A DNA stretch of 64,000 nt from Limisphaerales bacterium. Its GTDB lineage: Bacteria > Verrucomicrobiota > Verrucomicrobiia > Limisphaerales > JAJOIW01. How positions within the stretch are numbered: position 1 is the first letter of the stretch; each line of letters starts with the position of its first letter. Below, one piece after another: positions 29,903 to 39,850 of this stretch. The translations under genes and the position numbers were made by a program. The notes beneath the pieces were generated by a model. That model worked only from the letters and a program-made list of their open reading frames with translations, ran no database searches and had not been told where the DNA came from. The stretch is taken from NCBI GenBank assembly GCA_965657355.1, contig CBFHOE010000010.1:1-64000 (forward strand). The letters are read 5' to 3'.

Positions 29903-31042
29903 TTACTTTATTTCTCGGGCTTTGACATTTTTATACCAAACCATGGCTCCATGGTCTTGGAAACCTAGATATCCTTCCCAAGGCAAATCTTTTATGACCC
30001 CAAACTTGTGTTTGGTACCGTCCGGACGCCTACCACGCTCAGAAAATTTATCGGTATCAATGGATGAAACTTTATTCCCATTGATATGGACTTCAATATT
30101 AGACCCAACAGCTCGGATGAGAACCCTATTCCAATCATCATATTTAAAATCACCCATGGATGTTTTGGAGAGATCATAAATTGCCCCGAAGTCGTGGTAA
30201 CCATTTCCAGACCGACCCAAAATTTGCGCCTCAAAACCACTTTGAACTGGATTTGACAAGTCAGACACTCTGAAAAATATTCCCGAATTACACCTCTCTG
30301 CGCTCATCTTTACATCAGAAACAAACTCAAAATTTTTAAATTTCTTTTCATGGACAATGACATAACCCCCAGATTTGAAAGGAACCAAGGAACCATCATC
30401 AATTTTAGTTTGGATTTTAGTTTTCTTGTTTGTCATCCAACCTGAGTCGTCTTTGCCATTGAATAATAATTCCCAACCTGCCGCCCTTTCCGCGGATGCA
30501 ATAGAATTGTCCAAAGTCGAACGTTTTTTAATTCCGAGTTCTTCGAAAGTTTTTGCCACATCAGATCCAGCAGAAACGACTTTAATTTTTTTATCGACCT
30601 TTAAAATCTTGCCATCTTTACCGACATAAAAAGTCCATCGATAAGGCACCGACCTGAAATCAGTCACGACCCCGAAAGCTTCAGCAACTTTTTTACCGGG
30701 ATCAGATAAGATGGGGTAATCAAGATTTAATGATTGAGAGAAGCGCGTGTTATCTTCGACCGAATCAACGCTCGCAGTAAAATAGAGCGCATCGTATTCA
30801 CGCATAGCTTCCCCATCTGACCGGAAGGATTTGCACTCGCGAGTGCAGCCCCCTGTAAAAGCTTTAGGATACCAAGCTATGACGAATGGAGCCTTACCTT
30901 TGATCTCAGATAAGGCATACGTATGGCCATCTGACCCTTTTAATGAAAAGTCAGGGCAGTCGTCACCCTTCTCAAGGCCTTTTACATTGCCAACTAGTAA
31001 AATTGAAGCCATGGCGACTATATAGCTAAGAGGAAATTTCAT
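29903..31042 (-). CDS. Exported peroxiredoxin (BCP/AhpC-TSA) fused to DUF1080 (3-keto-disaccharide hydrolase-like) domain
   Basis: YPKAFTGGCTREC and YPILSD; then GWELLFNGKD..GW, NSGIFFR, EAQI, WN, GYLGFQDHG and YKNVK. Confidence 0.88.
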   Translation of the reverse strand: MKFPLSYIVAMASILLVGNVKGLEKGDDCPDFSLKGSDGHTYALSEIKGKAPFVIAWYPKAFTGGCTRECKSFRSDGEAMREYDALYFTASVDSVEDNTRFSQSLNLDYPILSDPGKKVAEAFGVVTDFRSVPYRWTFYVGKDGKILKVDKKIKVVSAGSDVAKTFEELGIKKRSTLDNSIASAERAAGWELLFNGKDDSGWMTNKKTKIQTKIDDGSLVPFKSGGYVIVHEKKFKNFEFVSDVKMSAERCNSGIFFRVSDLSNPVQSGFEAQILGRSGNGYHDFGAIYDLSKTSMGDFKYDDWNRVLIRAVGSNIEVHINGNKVSSIDTDKFSERGRRPDGTKHKFGVIKDLPWEGYLGFQDHGAMVWYKNVKAREIK

Positions 31043-31099
31043 GGAGACATCCTCTCAAATGTACAATAGATTAAAAGTATATTGTAGCTAGATGATATT

Positions 31100-31124
31100 A
31101 TTTTCATCTAGTTTAGATGAAAAT
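31100..31124. promoter_or_regulatory. Inverted repeat (possible operator) between divergent genes
   Basis: ATTTTCATCTA-gtt-TAGATGAAAAT, perfect 11-bp arms. Confidence 0.4.
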
Positions 31125-31150
31125 CCACTTTCATTTCTGAAACGACTCAT

Positions 31151-32428
31151 ATGCAGGACGGCCAGCTTGAATTTTTCCATGGGGAACAGGCGGCCGAGTT
31201 GTGCCCATCGACACTTCAATTTCTCAGACATGTAGAAAATTTTAAAGAATTCGGATCAAAAACAGAAACGACAAATTTCCCTGATCCTGAAATAGAGTTG
31301 CCCGTCTATATTAATGAATTTTGGACCGCGAAACAGAGAGCAGCCCATTCATTGCACGAAATTTCATATAGGGCTTGCTTCAAACCTCAACTACCAGCCT
31401 TTTTTATCAACCAACTTACCCGACCCGGCGATAGTATTTTTGATCCATTTATGGGGAGAGGTACAACGATCCTTGAAGGAGCTCTTTTGGATAGAGTTAC
31501 CATGGGGTGTGATGCCAATCCGCTTAGCTCTATTCTCGTGAAGCCGAGGCTTAGCCCACCTTCATACTCCCAGATTGAGGATCGCCTCAATCGAATAGAT
31601 CTTTCCGAAAATTCAGAAATTGATAATCAAGACCTCTTGACATTTTACCACCCAAGAACTCTTTCAAAAATATGCTCGTTGAGGACGTACCTGCACCAAA
31701 GAAAGCTTGATAGAAAATCAGACCTTGTAGATGACTGGATAAGAATGATAGCAACGAACAGATTGACGGGACATTCTCCTGGCTTCTTTTCAGTTTACAC
31801 GCTTCCCCCAAATCAAGCGACCTCGATCAAAGCACAGCAACGAATAAATAAAAAAAGAAACCAAACCCCACCAGAAAGAAATATTAAAGGGATCATCTTA
31901 AAAAAGAGTAAGTCTTTACTAAAAGATTTAGATGACATAGACCTGATAAAACTAAAAAGAAATTTTAAAAAGTCCGTGTTAATAACTGGTTCCTGCGACA
32001 AGACACCCGAAATCAAGGACGCGTCCATTGACCTTATCATTACCTCCCCTCCCTTTTTGGACATTGTAAACTATCAAGGTGATAATTGGCTAAGATGTTG
32101 GTTTAACCATATTGACTCAGAGGCAGTTTCCCTCTGGAACATAAGGAGACCGGAAGCTTGGATTAACGCCATGACTCAAGTCTTTCTTGAATTAAAGAGA
32201 GTCCTAAAACCGGGTGGCCATATTGCATTTGAAGTGGGAGAAGTGCGGGGAGGCAAACTTAGGATGGAAACACTAGCAGCCCCAGCCGCTATAGCCTCTG
32301 GTCTTGTGCCTATTTTTTTACTGATCAACGACCAGGAGTTCACTAAAACAGCAAATTGCTGGGGAGTCTCAAATCAGAAAAAGGGGACCAACACTAATAG
32401 AATTTTGTTGCTTCAAAAAAGTCATTAA
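31151..32428 (+). CDS. Orphan amino-DNA methyltransferase (N4-C/N6-A type)
   Basis: Motif I FDPFMGRGTT and motif IV TSPPF; RVLKPGG. No neighbouring nuclease. Confidence 0.85.
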   Translation: MQDGQLEFFHGEQAAELCPSTLQFLRHVENFKEFGSKTETTNFPDPEIELPVYINEFWTAKQRAAHSLHEISYRACFKPQLPAFFINQLTRPGDSIFDPFMGRGTTILEGALLDRVTMGCDANPLSSILVKPRLSPPSYSQIEDRLNRIDLSENSEIDNQDLLTFYHPRTLSKICSLRTYLHQRKLDRKSDLVDDWIRMIATNRLTGHSPGFFSVYTLPPNQATSIKAQQRINKKRNQTPPERNIKGIILKKSKSLLKDLDDIDLIKLKRNFKKSVLITGSCDKTPEIKDASIDLIITSPPFLDIVNYQGDNWLRCWFNHIDSEAVSLWNIRRPEAWINAMTQVFLELKRVLKPGGHIAFEVGEVRGGKLRMETLAAPAAIASGLVPIFLLINDQEFTKTANCWGVSNQKKGTNTNRILLLQKSH

Positions 32429-32431
32429 TCA

Positions 32432-32767
32432 CTATTCGGATGTCTCATTATCTTTGATCGGAGTAGGGTCAATTTCTATCATCCCATTAATTTCCCTCAC
32501 TTTAAAAGATTCCACATGCCATATGGAACCCGTAATACATTTGCCGGATTTCCCATTGAATCCCCATTGGTGCCAAGGGCAATAAACGACCCCCTTCATC
32601 ACGGTACCTTGTCCAAGCGAGGCTCCGGCATGCGGGCAAAAATCATCCACGCAATAAAGCTCGTTGCCCTCTCTGAAAACAGCGAGCCTTTTACCATTAA
32701 CTTTTACAATCTGCCCCTTACCTGGCTCGAGTGAGCTGGATTTCATTACCGCGACATAATCTCCCAT
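32432..32767 (-). CDS. Rieske [2Fe-2S] ferredoxin (NirD/dioxygenase ferredoxin-like)
   Basis: CPHAG...CPWH motifs. Confidence 0.92.
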   Translation of the reverse strand: MGDYVAVMKSSSLEPGKGQIVKVNGKRLAVFREGNELYCVDDFCPHAGASLGQGTVMKGVVYCPWHQWGFNGKSGKCITGSIWHVESFKVREINGMIEIDPTPIKDNETSE

Positions 32768-33178
32768 AAAAATTCCACTGAACTAACATTTTATTGGCAG
32801 GAAGGAAACAAATTTCACAAATCTTGGAATGCAATGCTTTGGTCAGCTGTTTTTTTGAATTCCGATTAGCTGAGCGAGGGCGATCCAATAGCAAGTTCAA
32901 ATTGGATGAAGTCATTATTCTTCAGTGCCAACCACGAAATTTAAAATATCTTCCATTTTCCATCTTCCAGCAGATGAATCTTCCTGAATAATTGTTTCCG
33001 TTCCCTTTTTTCGATTTAACTAATCAAGCTATATTCACGTTTTTTAGGAATCTTTGGCTTTATACTTTCCCTCAAACTGAAGGGATCGACACTTCAATGA
33101 ATCTGACGAAGAGATTACCTTTCAACTCTTCATTGATGGTAATCTTGCATAATAGGAGCAAAAACGCATTATATACGT

Positions 33179-36100
33179 ATGCGTTCCATGTCAGCTATTC
33201 TACTTATCCTACTTGTTCTACTGGGACCGGATAAGCAATGGGCTCAAGCCAAGGAAATAGATTTTGCGAGAGATATCCTTCCAATACTTTCCGATAATTG
33301 CTTCCAATGTCATGGGCCGGATACAAATGAAGGCCGTAAAGGGGATCTACGTCTTGATGAGGAGGAGGACACAAAAAGGCTTAGAGACTCTGCTTACAAA
33401 GTCATTTCGGAAGGAGATTCCTCAAATAGTGAATTAATAAAAAGAATCAATTCCACCGATTCTGACGATGAAATGCCCCCACCAGAGCTGGGGCGTAAAC
33501 TCACAGCTCAGCAAAAAAGTTTATTGTCAGATTGGATAAAGCAGGGAGCTAAATGGGGCAAGCATTGGGCATTTGAACCCGTGATTAAACCCACCTCACA
33601 TACGAAATCAGATCATCCTATAGATTCATTGGTGGTAAAAAAGCTCACTTCCAAAAACCTAACCATGAACCAAAAGGCTGACCGAAGAACTCTGATAAGA
33701 AGATTGGCCTTAGACCTCACAGGGTTACCCCCGACGCCAAACGAAATACAAAAATTCTTGAGCGATTCATCACCCAATGCATGGGAACAAGCTGTAGAAC
33801 GTATGTTAACCAAGGAATCGTTCGGAGAGAGGATGGCTTGGGATTGGCTCGAGGCTTCTCGATATTCTGATACAAATGGATATCAGGGAGACAGAGAAAG
33901 AACCATGTGGCCATGGAGAGACTGGGTTGTAAGTGCATTCAACGAGAATCTTCCTTACGACAAATTCACGATGTGGCAACTTGCCGGGGACCTCATGCCA
34001 AACCCAACCCGGAATCAAATTTTGGCGACTGGATTCAATCGAAACCACATGATTAATGGGGAAGGCGGGAGAATCGCAGAAGAGAACCGGGTTGATTACG
34101 TTTTTGATATGACAGAAACCATGGGCACCGTTTGGCTGGGACTCACACTAAATTGTAGCAGATGCCACGATCATAAATTCGATCCAATAGCCCAAAAAGA
34201 ATATTACCAGCTCACAGCATTTTTCAACCAAACCCCAGTAAATGGGGGTGGAGGAAGCGGCCAGACAGCCCCCATTCTTGAAGCGCCAACTTATGAACAA
34301 TCCAGAAAAATAGAAGCATTGAAGTCGGAGATTTCAGAACTAGATGACTCAATTAAGAAAAGGTCAAATTTTTTGATTTCAAATCAAAAGGAATGGGAAA
34401 AGAAACAATTGGAAATTCAAAAGACGACATCATGGGAAGCACTCATTCCTGACAAAGCCACAGCTAAGCATCAAGAACTCATTATCCAGGATAAAGGTTT
34501 TATATATGCGAAAGGAAAGAATCCTGACAAGGACGAATATGTTATAAGCTATCCGATAGAAACTGATGCCTTAACTGGGGTAAAGATCGAGGCCGTAAGG
34601 CACCCCCAGATGACTGCTGGAGGACTGGCTAGATCAGATAGTGGGAACTTTGTCTTAACAGATATCGAGTTTCAATTGACCGATGGCGTCTCCAAAAATT
34701 CAAGAAGGCTCCAAATCCAATCAGCCCAAGCTACTTTTGAACAGGGAGGTCATAAGATAACAAACACCTTTGACTCAGACCCTCAAACAGGTTGGGCAGT
34801 TTGGAACGGCAAAAATTTGGACCGCGATCACGCCGCCGTATTTACTCTAAAACCAACTCCATTAAATGGGACGGAAAACAAACTGGTAGCAGTACTAAAA
34901 TTTAATTCGCCCCATGCAAAGCATAATTTGGGATATTTTCGACTACTGGCATCTGGAGCTCCGAATCCCAAATTAGATGATGAGCGTTCTCAATTGGTAG
35001 CCACCTTGAAAGTGGCTCCAGACAAACGCTCGGAGGACCAGAAGAAGACCATCAGAGAAGCGCTCTTAAAATCAGACGCTGCTTACCAAAAACTATCCAA
35101 CGATAAAAAGGCATTGAATGACCAAATAAAAAGAATATCTCAAGGTATTCCGAAAGTCATGGTCATGAAAGATCGCGATCAATCTCGGCAGACCTATATA
35201 CTTGAGCGCGGCTTATACAACAAGCCAGGAAACCCAGTAAAAGCTAATATCCCATCGGCACTTCCTCAAATCCAGAAAAGAACAAATTTAAACCGATTAG
35301 ACTTAGCAGAATGGTTGGTCAGGAATGATAACCCCCTTACATCTAGGGTAACGGTTAATCGAATCTGGCAAATGTTTTTCGGAACGGGACTAGTCAAAAC
35401 AGCAGAGGATTTCGGAGTGCAATCAGAATACCCAGAACATAAAGAATTGCTCGACTGGCTTGCTGCAGAATTTATGGATAGCGGTTGGGATATGAAACAT
35501 CTTATAAGAACCATTGTAACGAGCAAAACATACCAACAAAGCTCTATTGCAAAGACTAAAACGGAATACCAAAAGGACCCGCAGAACCGTTATTTAGCCA
35601 GAGGCCCAAGATTCAGAATGCCTTCGTGGATGATTAGAGATCAGGCCCTTGCGGCTAGTAATCTCCTCAACTCTGCTGTGGGTGGAAGACCTGTATTTAG
35701 TTACCAACCCAAAGGGCTTTGGTCCGAGGCAACTTTCGGGAAAAAAAGATATAACCAGGATGATGGCGAAAAACTTCATCGAAGAAGTATATATACATTT
35801 TGGAGACGCATTGTTGGTCCTCCAGTATTCTTTGATACAGCTAAAAGACAGGTCTGTGAGGTGAACCCTCTCCGCACCAATACACCTATGCATGCACTGA
35901 CTGTCTATAATGATATCACATTTGTTGAAGCAGCGCGTTCACTTGCCGAACATGTCATATCCACTAGTGACGATTCTAAAAAACGCCTTGATCTGATATA
36001 TCTCAGAACTCTCGGAAGATACCCGGATGAAAAGGAATATCAGGTTCTTGAACAAAGTTTGAAGAAATCCATGGATGCTTTTATGAAGGATGAAAATGCC

Positions 36101-36226
36101 GCTAAGGAATTTGTATCCGTAGGGGCTCAGCCCCGTGATGAATCCCTAACCCCAAAAGAAGTGGCAGCTTGGGCTGCTCTTTGCTTAAACGTATTAAATT
36201 TAGACGAGACTTTAACCAAGGAATAA
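33179..36226 (+). CDS. PSD1 / planctomycete cytochrome c, DUF1549-DUF1553 protein
   Basis: CFQCHGPD, HWAF, RRLALDLTGLPP, CSRCHDHKFDP, NPLT.RV.VNR.W, RRSIY, TNTP..AL. Confidence 0.93.
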   Translation: MRSMSAILLILLVLLGPDKQWAQAKEIDFARDILPILSDNCFQCHGPDTNEGRKGDLRLDEEEDTKRLRDSAYKVISEGDSSNSELIKRINSTDSDDEMPPPELGRKLTAQQKSLLSDWIKQGAKWGKHWAFEPVIKPTSHTKSDHPIDSLVVKKLTSKNLTMNQKADRRTLIRRLALDLTGLPPTPNEIQKFLSDSSPNAWEQAVERMLTKESFGERMAWDWLEASRYSDTNGYQGDRERTMWPWRDWVVSAFNENLPYDKFTMWQLAGDLMPNPTRNQILATGFNRNHMINGEGGRIAEENRVDYVFDMTETMGTVWLGLTLNCSRCHDHKFDPIAQKEYYQLTAFFNQTPVNGGGGSGQTAPILEAPTYEQSRKIEALKSEISELDDSIKKRSNFLISNQKEWEKKQLEIQKTTSWEALIPDKATAKHQELIIQDKGFIYAKGKNPDKDEYVISYPIETDALTGVKIEAVRHPQMTAGGLARSDSGNFVLTDIEFQLTDGVSKNSRRLQIQSAQATFEQGGHKITNTFDSDPQTGWAVWNGKNLDRDHAAVFTLKPTPLNGTENKLVAVLKFNSPHAKHNLGYFRLLASGAPNPKLDDERSQLVATLKVAPDKRSEDQKKTIREALLKSDAAYQKLSNDKKALNDQIKRISQGIPKVMVMKDRDQSRQTYILERGLYNKPGNPVKANIPSALPQIQKRTNLNRLDLAEWLVRNDNPLTSRVTVNRIWQMFFGTGLVKTAEDFGVQSEYPEHKELLDWLAAEFMDSGWDMKHLIRTIVTSKTYQQSSIAKTKTEYQKDPQNRYLARGPRFRMPSWMIRDQALAASNLLNSAVGGRPVFSYQPKGLWSEATFGKKRYNQDDGEKLHRRSIYTFWRRIVGPPVFFDTAKRQVCEVNPLRTNTPMHALTVYNDITFVEAARSLAEHVISTSDDSKKRLDLIYLRTLGRYPDEKEYQVLEQSLKKSMDAFMKDENAAKEFVSVGAQPRDESLTPKEVAAWAALCLNVLNLDETLTKE

Positions 36227-36227
36227 T

Positions 36228-37715
36228 ATGAAAAATGGTTGGAAAGTATTAAGCGACAAAACGCCGAAGCCTATTCTTGACCAGCAACTGTTGGTTAACA
36301 GGCGCCAGTTCATGGGAAAAACGGCTAACGGTGTCGGCCTTGCTGCTCTAGCCACCCTTCTTCAAAAGGATGGGCTCATGGCAAGCCATTCAGAAAGAAA
36401 GCCACTATTCGGACACTTTGCACCCAAGGCAAAAAGAGTTATTTACCTTTTTCAAAATGGTGCCCCAACTCATGTGGACCTCTTTGATTATAAACCGCGT
36501 ATAATGGATATGCATGGCAAACCAGTCCCGAAAGAATACTTCGGAAATAAGAGATTTAGCACCATGACTGGAAATCCAACCGGCAAGCTTATGCTCGCTC
36601 CTGTAGAACCATTTAAGCAGCATGGTCAAAGCGGCGCTTGGGTAAGTAATTTCATGCCCCATATAGCGGAAATTTCGGATAACTTATGTTTTGTCAAAAG
36701 TATGCATACCGAGGCTGTTAATCACGCCCCGGCTATTTCTTTTTTACTGAGCGGTGCTGAAATCCCGGGGCGGCCGGCAATGGGGGCCTGGCTCAACTAC
36801 GGATTGGGAACAGAGGCAGAAGATTTACCCGGATATGTCGTTATGACCTCCGTTAGTAAAGGTACCACTTGTGGGCAAATTTTCTATGACTTCTATTGGG
36901 GATCCGGTTTTTTACCGTCTCGCTTTCAGGGCTCAAAATTTAGGGGCAGTAAAGATCCCGTTCTTTTTTTAAACAATCCAGCGGGTATGAAACCCTCTCT
37001 ACGGAGAGGACTCCTGGACGATCTCAACGCACTTAATCAACATAAATATGAGCAAATGGGTGACCCAGAGATTCAAACTCGCATGAGTCAGTATGAAATG
37101 GCATACCGAATGCAAACCTCAGTTCCTGACCTTACCGACCTTTCCGATGAACCAGATCACATTCTCGACATGTATGGGCCTCAAGTGAGAGAGCCCGGTA
37201 CTTTTGCTTATAACTGCCTTATGTCTCGGCGTTTAGCGGAGAGAGGGGTGAGGTTTATCCAATGCATGCATGCCGGATGGGATCAGCACAACAGCCTCAC
37301 AACTGAGCTTTATACCCAATGTAAAGACACCGATCAACCCAGTGCTGCACTAGTAAAAGACCTGAAAATGAGGGGGCTCCTTGATGACACTCTCGTGATT
37401 TGGGGCGGGGAATTTGGAAGAACGCCATTCATTCAGGGGAGCTTAGACAACCGACCTCGGTGGGGAAGAGACCACCACCCTTATGCCTTTACAGTATGGA
37501 TGGCAGGCGGAGGGATAAAACCCGGCATCTCACATGGAGCTTCAGATGATTTAGCCTTTAATGCTGTGGAGGATCCTGTGCATGTTCATGATTTCCAGGC
37601 AACAATTCTCCATCTTCTTGGTTTGGATCATGAACGCCTTACCTATAAATTTCAGGGTCGTTATTTCCGTCTGACAGATGTTCACGGAAATGTCGTGAAA
37701 AAAATCCTCGCATAG
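36228..37715 (+). CDS. DUF1501 family protein (Tat-exported)
   Basis: NRRQF Tat motif, AKRVIYLF..G.P...DLFDYKP, WDQH, WGGEFGRTP, GRDHH, VHDFQATILHLLG. Confidence 0.93.
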   Translation: MKNGWKVLSDKTPKPILDQQLLVNRRQFMGKTANGVGLAALATLLQKDGLMASHSERKPLFGHFAPKAKRVIYLFQNGAPTHVDLFDYKPRIMDMHGKPVPKEYFGNKRFSTMTGNPTGKLMLAPVEPFKQHGQSGAWVSNFMPHIAEISDNLCFVKSMHTEAVNHAPAISFLLSGAEIPGRPAMGAWLNYGLGTEAEDLPGYVVMTSVSKGTTCGQIFYDFYWGSGFLPSRFQGSKFRGSKDPVLFLNNPAGMKPSLRRGLLDDLNALNQHKYEQMGDPEIQTRMSQYEMAYRMQTSVPDLTDLSDEPDHILDMYGPQVREPGTFAYNCLMSRRLAERGVRFIQCMHAGWDQHNSLTTELYTQCKDTDQPSAALVKDLKMRGLLDDTLVIWGGEFGRTPFIQGSLDNRPRWGRDHHPYAFTVWMAGGGIKPGISHGASDDLAFNAVEDPVHVHDFQATILHLLGLDHERLTYKFQGRYFRLTDVHGNVVKKILA

Positions 37716-37770
37716 GCTCTTTCACGATATGTTTTAAAGCTAAATCGGAAACAAAAAAGTATGGATCTCT

Positions 37771-38751
37771 TTACCTCGGTACGGCGATTAAGAAATCTGA
37801 TGCTTCGATAGATGATAGTTGCCAAGACGGCGCACAAGCTGGAATAAGGCAGAACTGACCTGCCAGGAGATTCTCTCCAGGGGAGCTTGGGGTATTGACA
37901 CTCAAAGCCCCTTTGTAAACTCCAATGATAATCGGTTTACCGATGGAACTAATGCTGGCTGTTTCTCCAATAGCCAAGCTGTTTGTTTCCACTGAAAATA
38001 AAGCATCATCGACTATGAGATTGGCCCCAGGGATTACCGGATTCCCTTCCAAACTGGAACACAACGGGGGTTCAAAATCCAAAAAATCGATGGATTTCAT
38101 TGAAGAATCAATATGCAACTCACGAGGCTTGCCATCAAGCCCCGTGCGATTCCAATCAAAAACGCGAAAAGTAGTATCGGAATTCTGCTGAATTTCAAAA
38201 ATTACATTTCCAGCTCCTATGGCATGAACACGACCGCTCGGCAGAAACATGGCATCGCCAGAGCTCACTTTAATTTGATGAAAACAATCAGCGACTGAAC
38301 CGTCGTCAATTTTATGCCGAAACGTATCTTCAGTAACACCGTTTTTCAAACCAACAAAAAGATCTGCTCCAGGCTCAGCATGAGTGACAAACCACATCTC
38401 AGTCTTAGGCTCTCCTCCCATTTGAGTTGCTTTCTCAGCTGGTGGATGAACTTGTAGTGACAGCTTCTGTTGCGCATCTAAAATTTTGACCAAAAGAGGA
38501 AAGCGGTTTGAATGCAAAGTGACTTGCCCCATGATTTCCGATGAAAAATTTTTCATGAGCCACGTCAGATCATTACCGGCGTATTCCCCGTTAGTAATGA
38601 CACTGCTATCTTCTTTTCGATCGGAAACCTCCCACGATTCACCAACCGGCACATTTGGAGGAAGGCTTTTATTGTAGAGGGACTCTAAATTTCGGCCACC
38701 CCAAATTCGTTCCTTAAGAATTGGTTCAAACCGCAGCGGGTATACATTCAT
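37771..38751 (-). CDS. manA: Class I mannose-6-phosphate isomerase
   Basis: IWGG, GESWE, FPLLVKILDA..KLSLQVHP, KTEMW, VHAIG, EIQQNSDTTFR, RELH. Confidence 0.92.
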   Translation of the reverse strand: MNVYPLRFEPILKERIWGGRNLESLYNKSLPPNVPVGESWEVSDRKEDSSVITNGEYAGNDLTWLMKNFSSEIMGQVTLHSNRFPLLVKILDAQQKLSLQVHPPAEKATQMGGEPKTEMWFVTHAEPGADLFVGLKNGVTEDTFRHKIDDGSVADCFHQIKVSSGDAMFLPSGRVHAIGAGNVIFEIQQNSDTTFRVFDWNRTGLDGKPRELHIDSSMKSIDFLDFEPPLCSSLEGNPVIPGANLIVDDALFSVETNSLAIGETASISSIGKPIIIGVYKGALSVNTPSSPGENLLAGQFCLIPACAPSWQLSSIEASDFLIAVPR

Positions 38752-38804
38752 TTGGATGTAGAAATGAGGAGAGTTTTTGTATCTACGAGGAAAGATAAAA
38801 AATA

Positions 38805-39794
38805 TCAGGCATTTTCTTTAGCCCTCTCGATTGCTGTATCCTCGTAATGCCCCATGGCTCGATATTTCTGATATCGATGCTCCAGTAAATCCTTAACTTT
38901 AAGTTTTTTCAATTGCTCCAAATGGCTGAGGACCGAAGCTTTTAAATTGTTTGCAGTATAAGACGGGTTAACGTGAGCCCCACCAAGAGGTTCGGGAATT
39001 ATTTCATCGGCAATTTCAAATTCTAATAAATCTTTTGCCGTTATCTTTAGTGCCTCAGCGGCTTTTGGAGCAGCTGCTCTATCTTTCCATAAAATAGCCG
39101 CACAGCCTTCTGGGCTAATGACCGAATAATAGGCATTTTCTAAAACGAGGATTCGGTCCGCAACACCAATACCTAAGGCCCCGCCAGAACCACCTTCGCC
39201 GATGACGGCAGCAACAATGGGAACCTCTAGCCTCGCCATCTCTCGTATATTCACGGCTATTGCCTCCGCAATGTGACGTTCTTCGGCCCCGACCCCAGGG
39301 TAGGCACCGGCCGTGTCAATAAGAGCTACTATAGGCAAAGAAAACTTGTCTGCCATTCGCATTAATCGGAGCGCTTTCCTATATCCTTCAGGGTGAGCTG
39401 ACCCGAAATTTCTCAAAATATTTTCCTTGGTATCTCTGCCTTTCTGGGTACCAATGACCATGACTTTTTGATCCCCAAGCTTCGCAAATCCTCCGACGAC
39501 AGCTCTGTCGTCACCGTATAGTCGATCCCCATGCAGTTCCTCAAAATCTTCAAATGCATTGGCAATGTAGTCCAAGGTGTAAGGTCGCTTTGGGTGCCTT
39601 GCCAACTGAACCCTCTGCCATGCAGTTAGATTTGAAAAAATAGATTTTCTGGTCTCCTCGATCTTCTTTTCGATACGAGTAATCTCATCTGCAAGATTGA
39701 TCTTAAGAATACCAGATTTTTCTGTATGCCTTAAATCCTCAAGTTTTTGCTGGAGGTCGATAAGGGGTTTTTCAAATTCAAGGTGGTGGATCAT
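38805..39794 (-). CDS. accA: Acetyl-CoA carboxylase carboxyltransferase alpha subunit
   Basis: LEFEKP, ARHPKRP, ELHGDR, PEGYRKA, GEGGSGGALG, YSVISPEGCA.ILW. Confidence 0.97.
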   Translation of the reverse strand: MIHHLEFEKPLIDLQQKLEDLRHTEKSGILKINLADEITRIEKKIEETRKSIFSNLTAWQRVQLARHPKRPYTLDYIANAFEDFEELHGDRLYGDDRAVVGGFAKLGDQKVMVIGTQKGRDTKENILRNFGSAHPEGYRKALRLMRMADKFSLPIVALIDTAGAYPGVGAEERHIAEAIAVNIREMARLEVPIVAAVIGEGGSGGALGIGVADRILVLENAYYSVISPEGCAAILWKDRAAAPKAAEALKITAKDLLEFEIADEIIPEPLGGAHVNPSYTANNLKASVLSHLEQLKKLKVKDLLEHRYQKYRAMGHYEDTAIERAKENA

Positions 39795-39850
39795 ATCAAA
39801 CTATTTTGATGTTATAACTGAAATTGGGATGCACTTCAATATATGGATCA

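Noticed and set aside
30832..30847. Perfect 16-bp palindrome TGCACTCGCGAGTGCA over the peroxiredoxin CTREC motif; possible selenocysteine recoding
   Set aside because: Both codons are TGC (Cys), not TGA. The palindrome is largely explained by the coding sequence and occurs once.
32790..33150. Possible decayed gene on the minus strand between the Rieske gene and PSD1
   Set aside because: Short protein-like stretches interrupted by stops in all frames, with no recognisable family. A pseudogene call cannot be supported.
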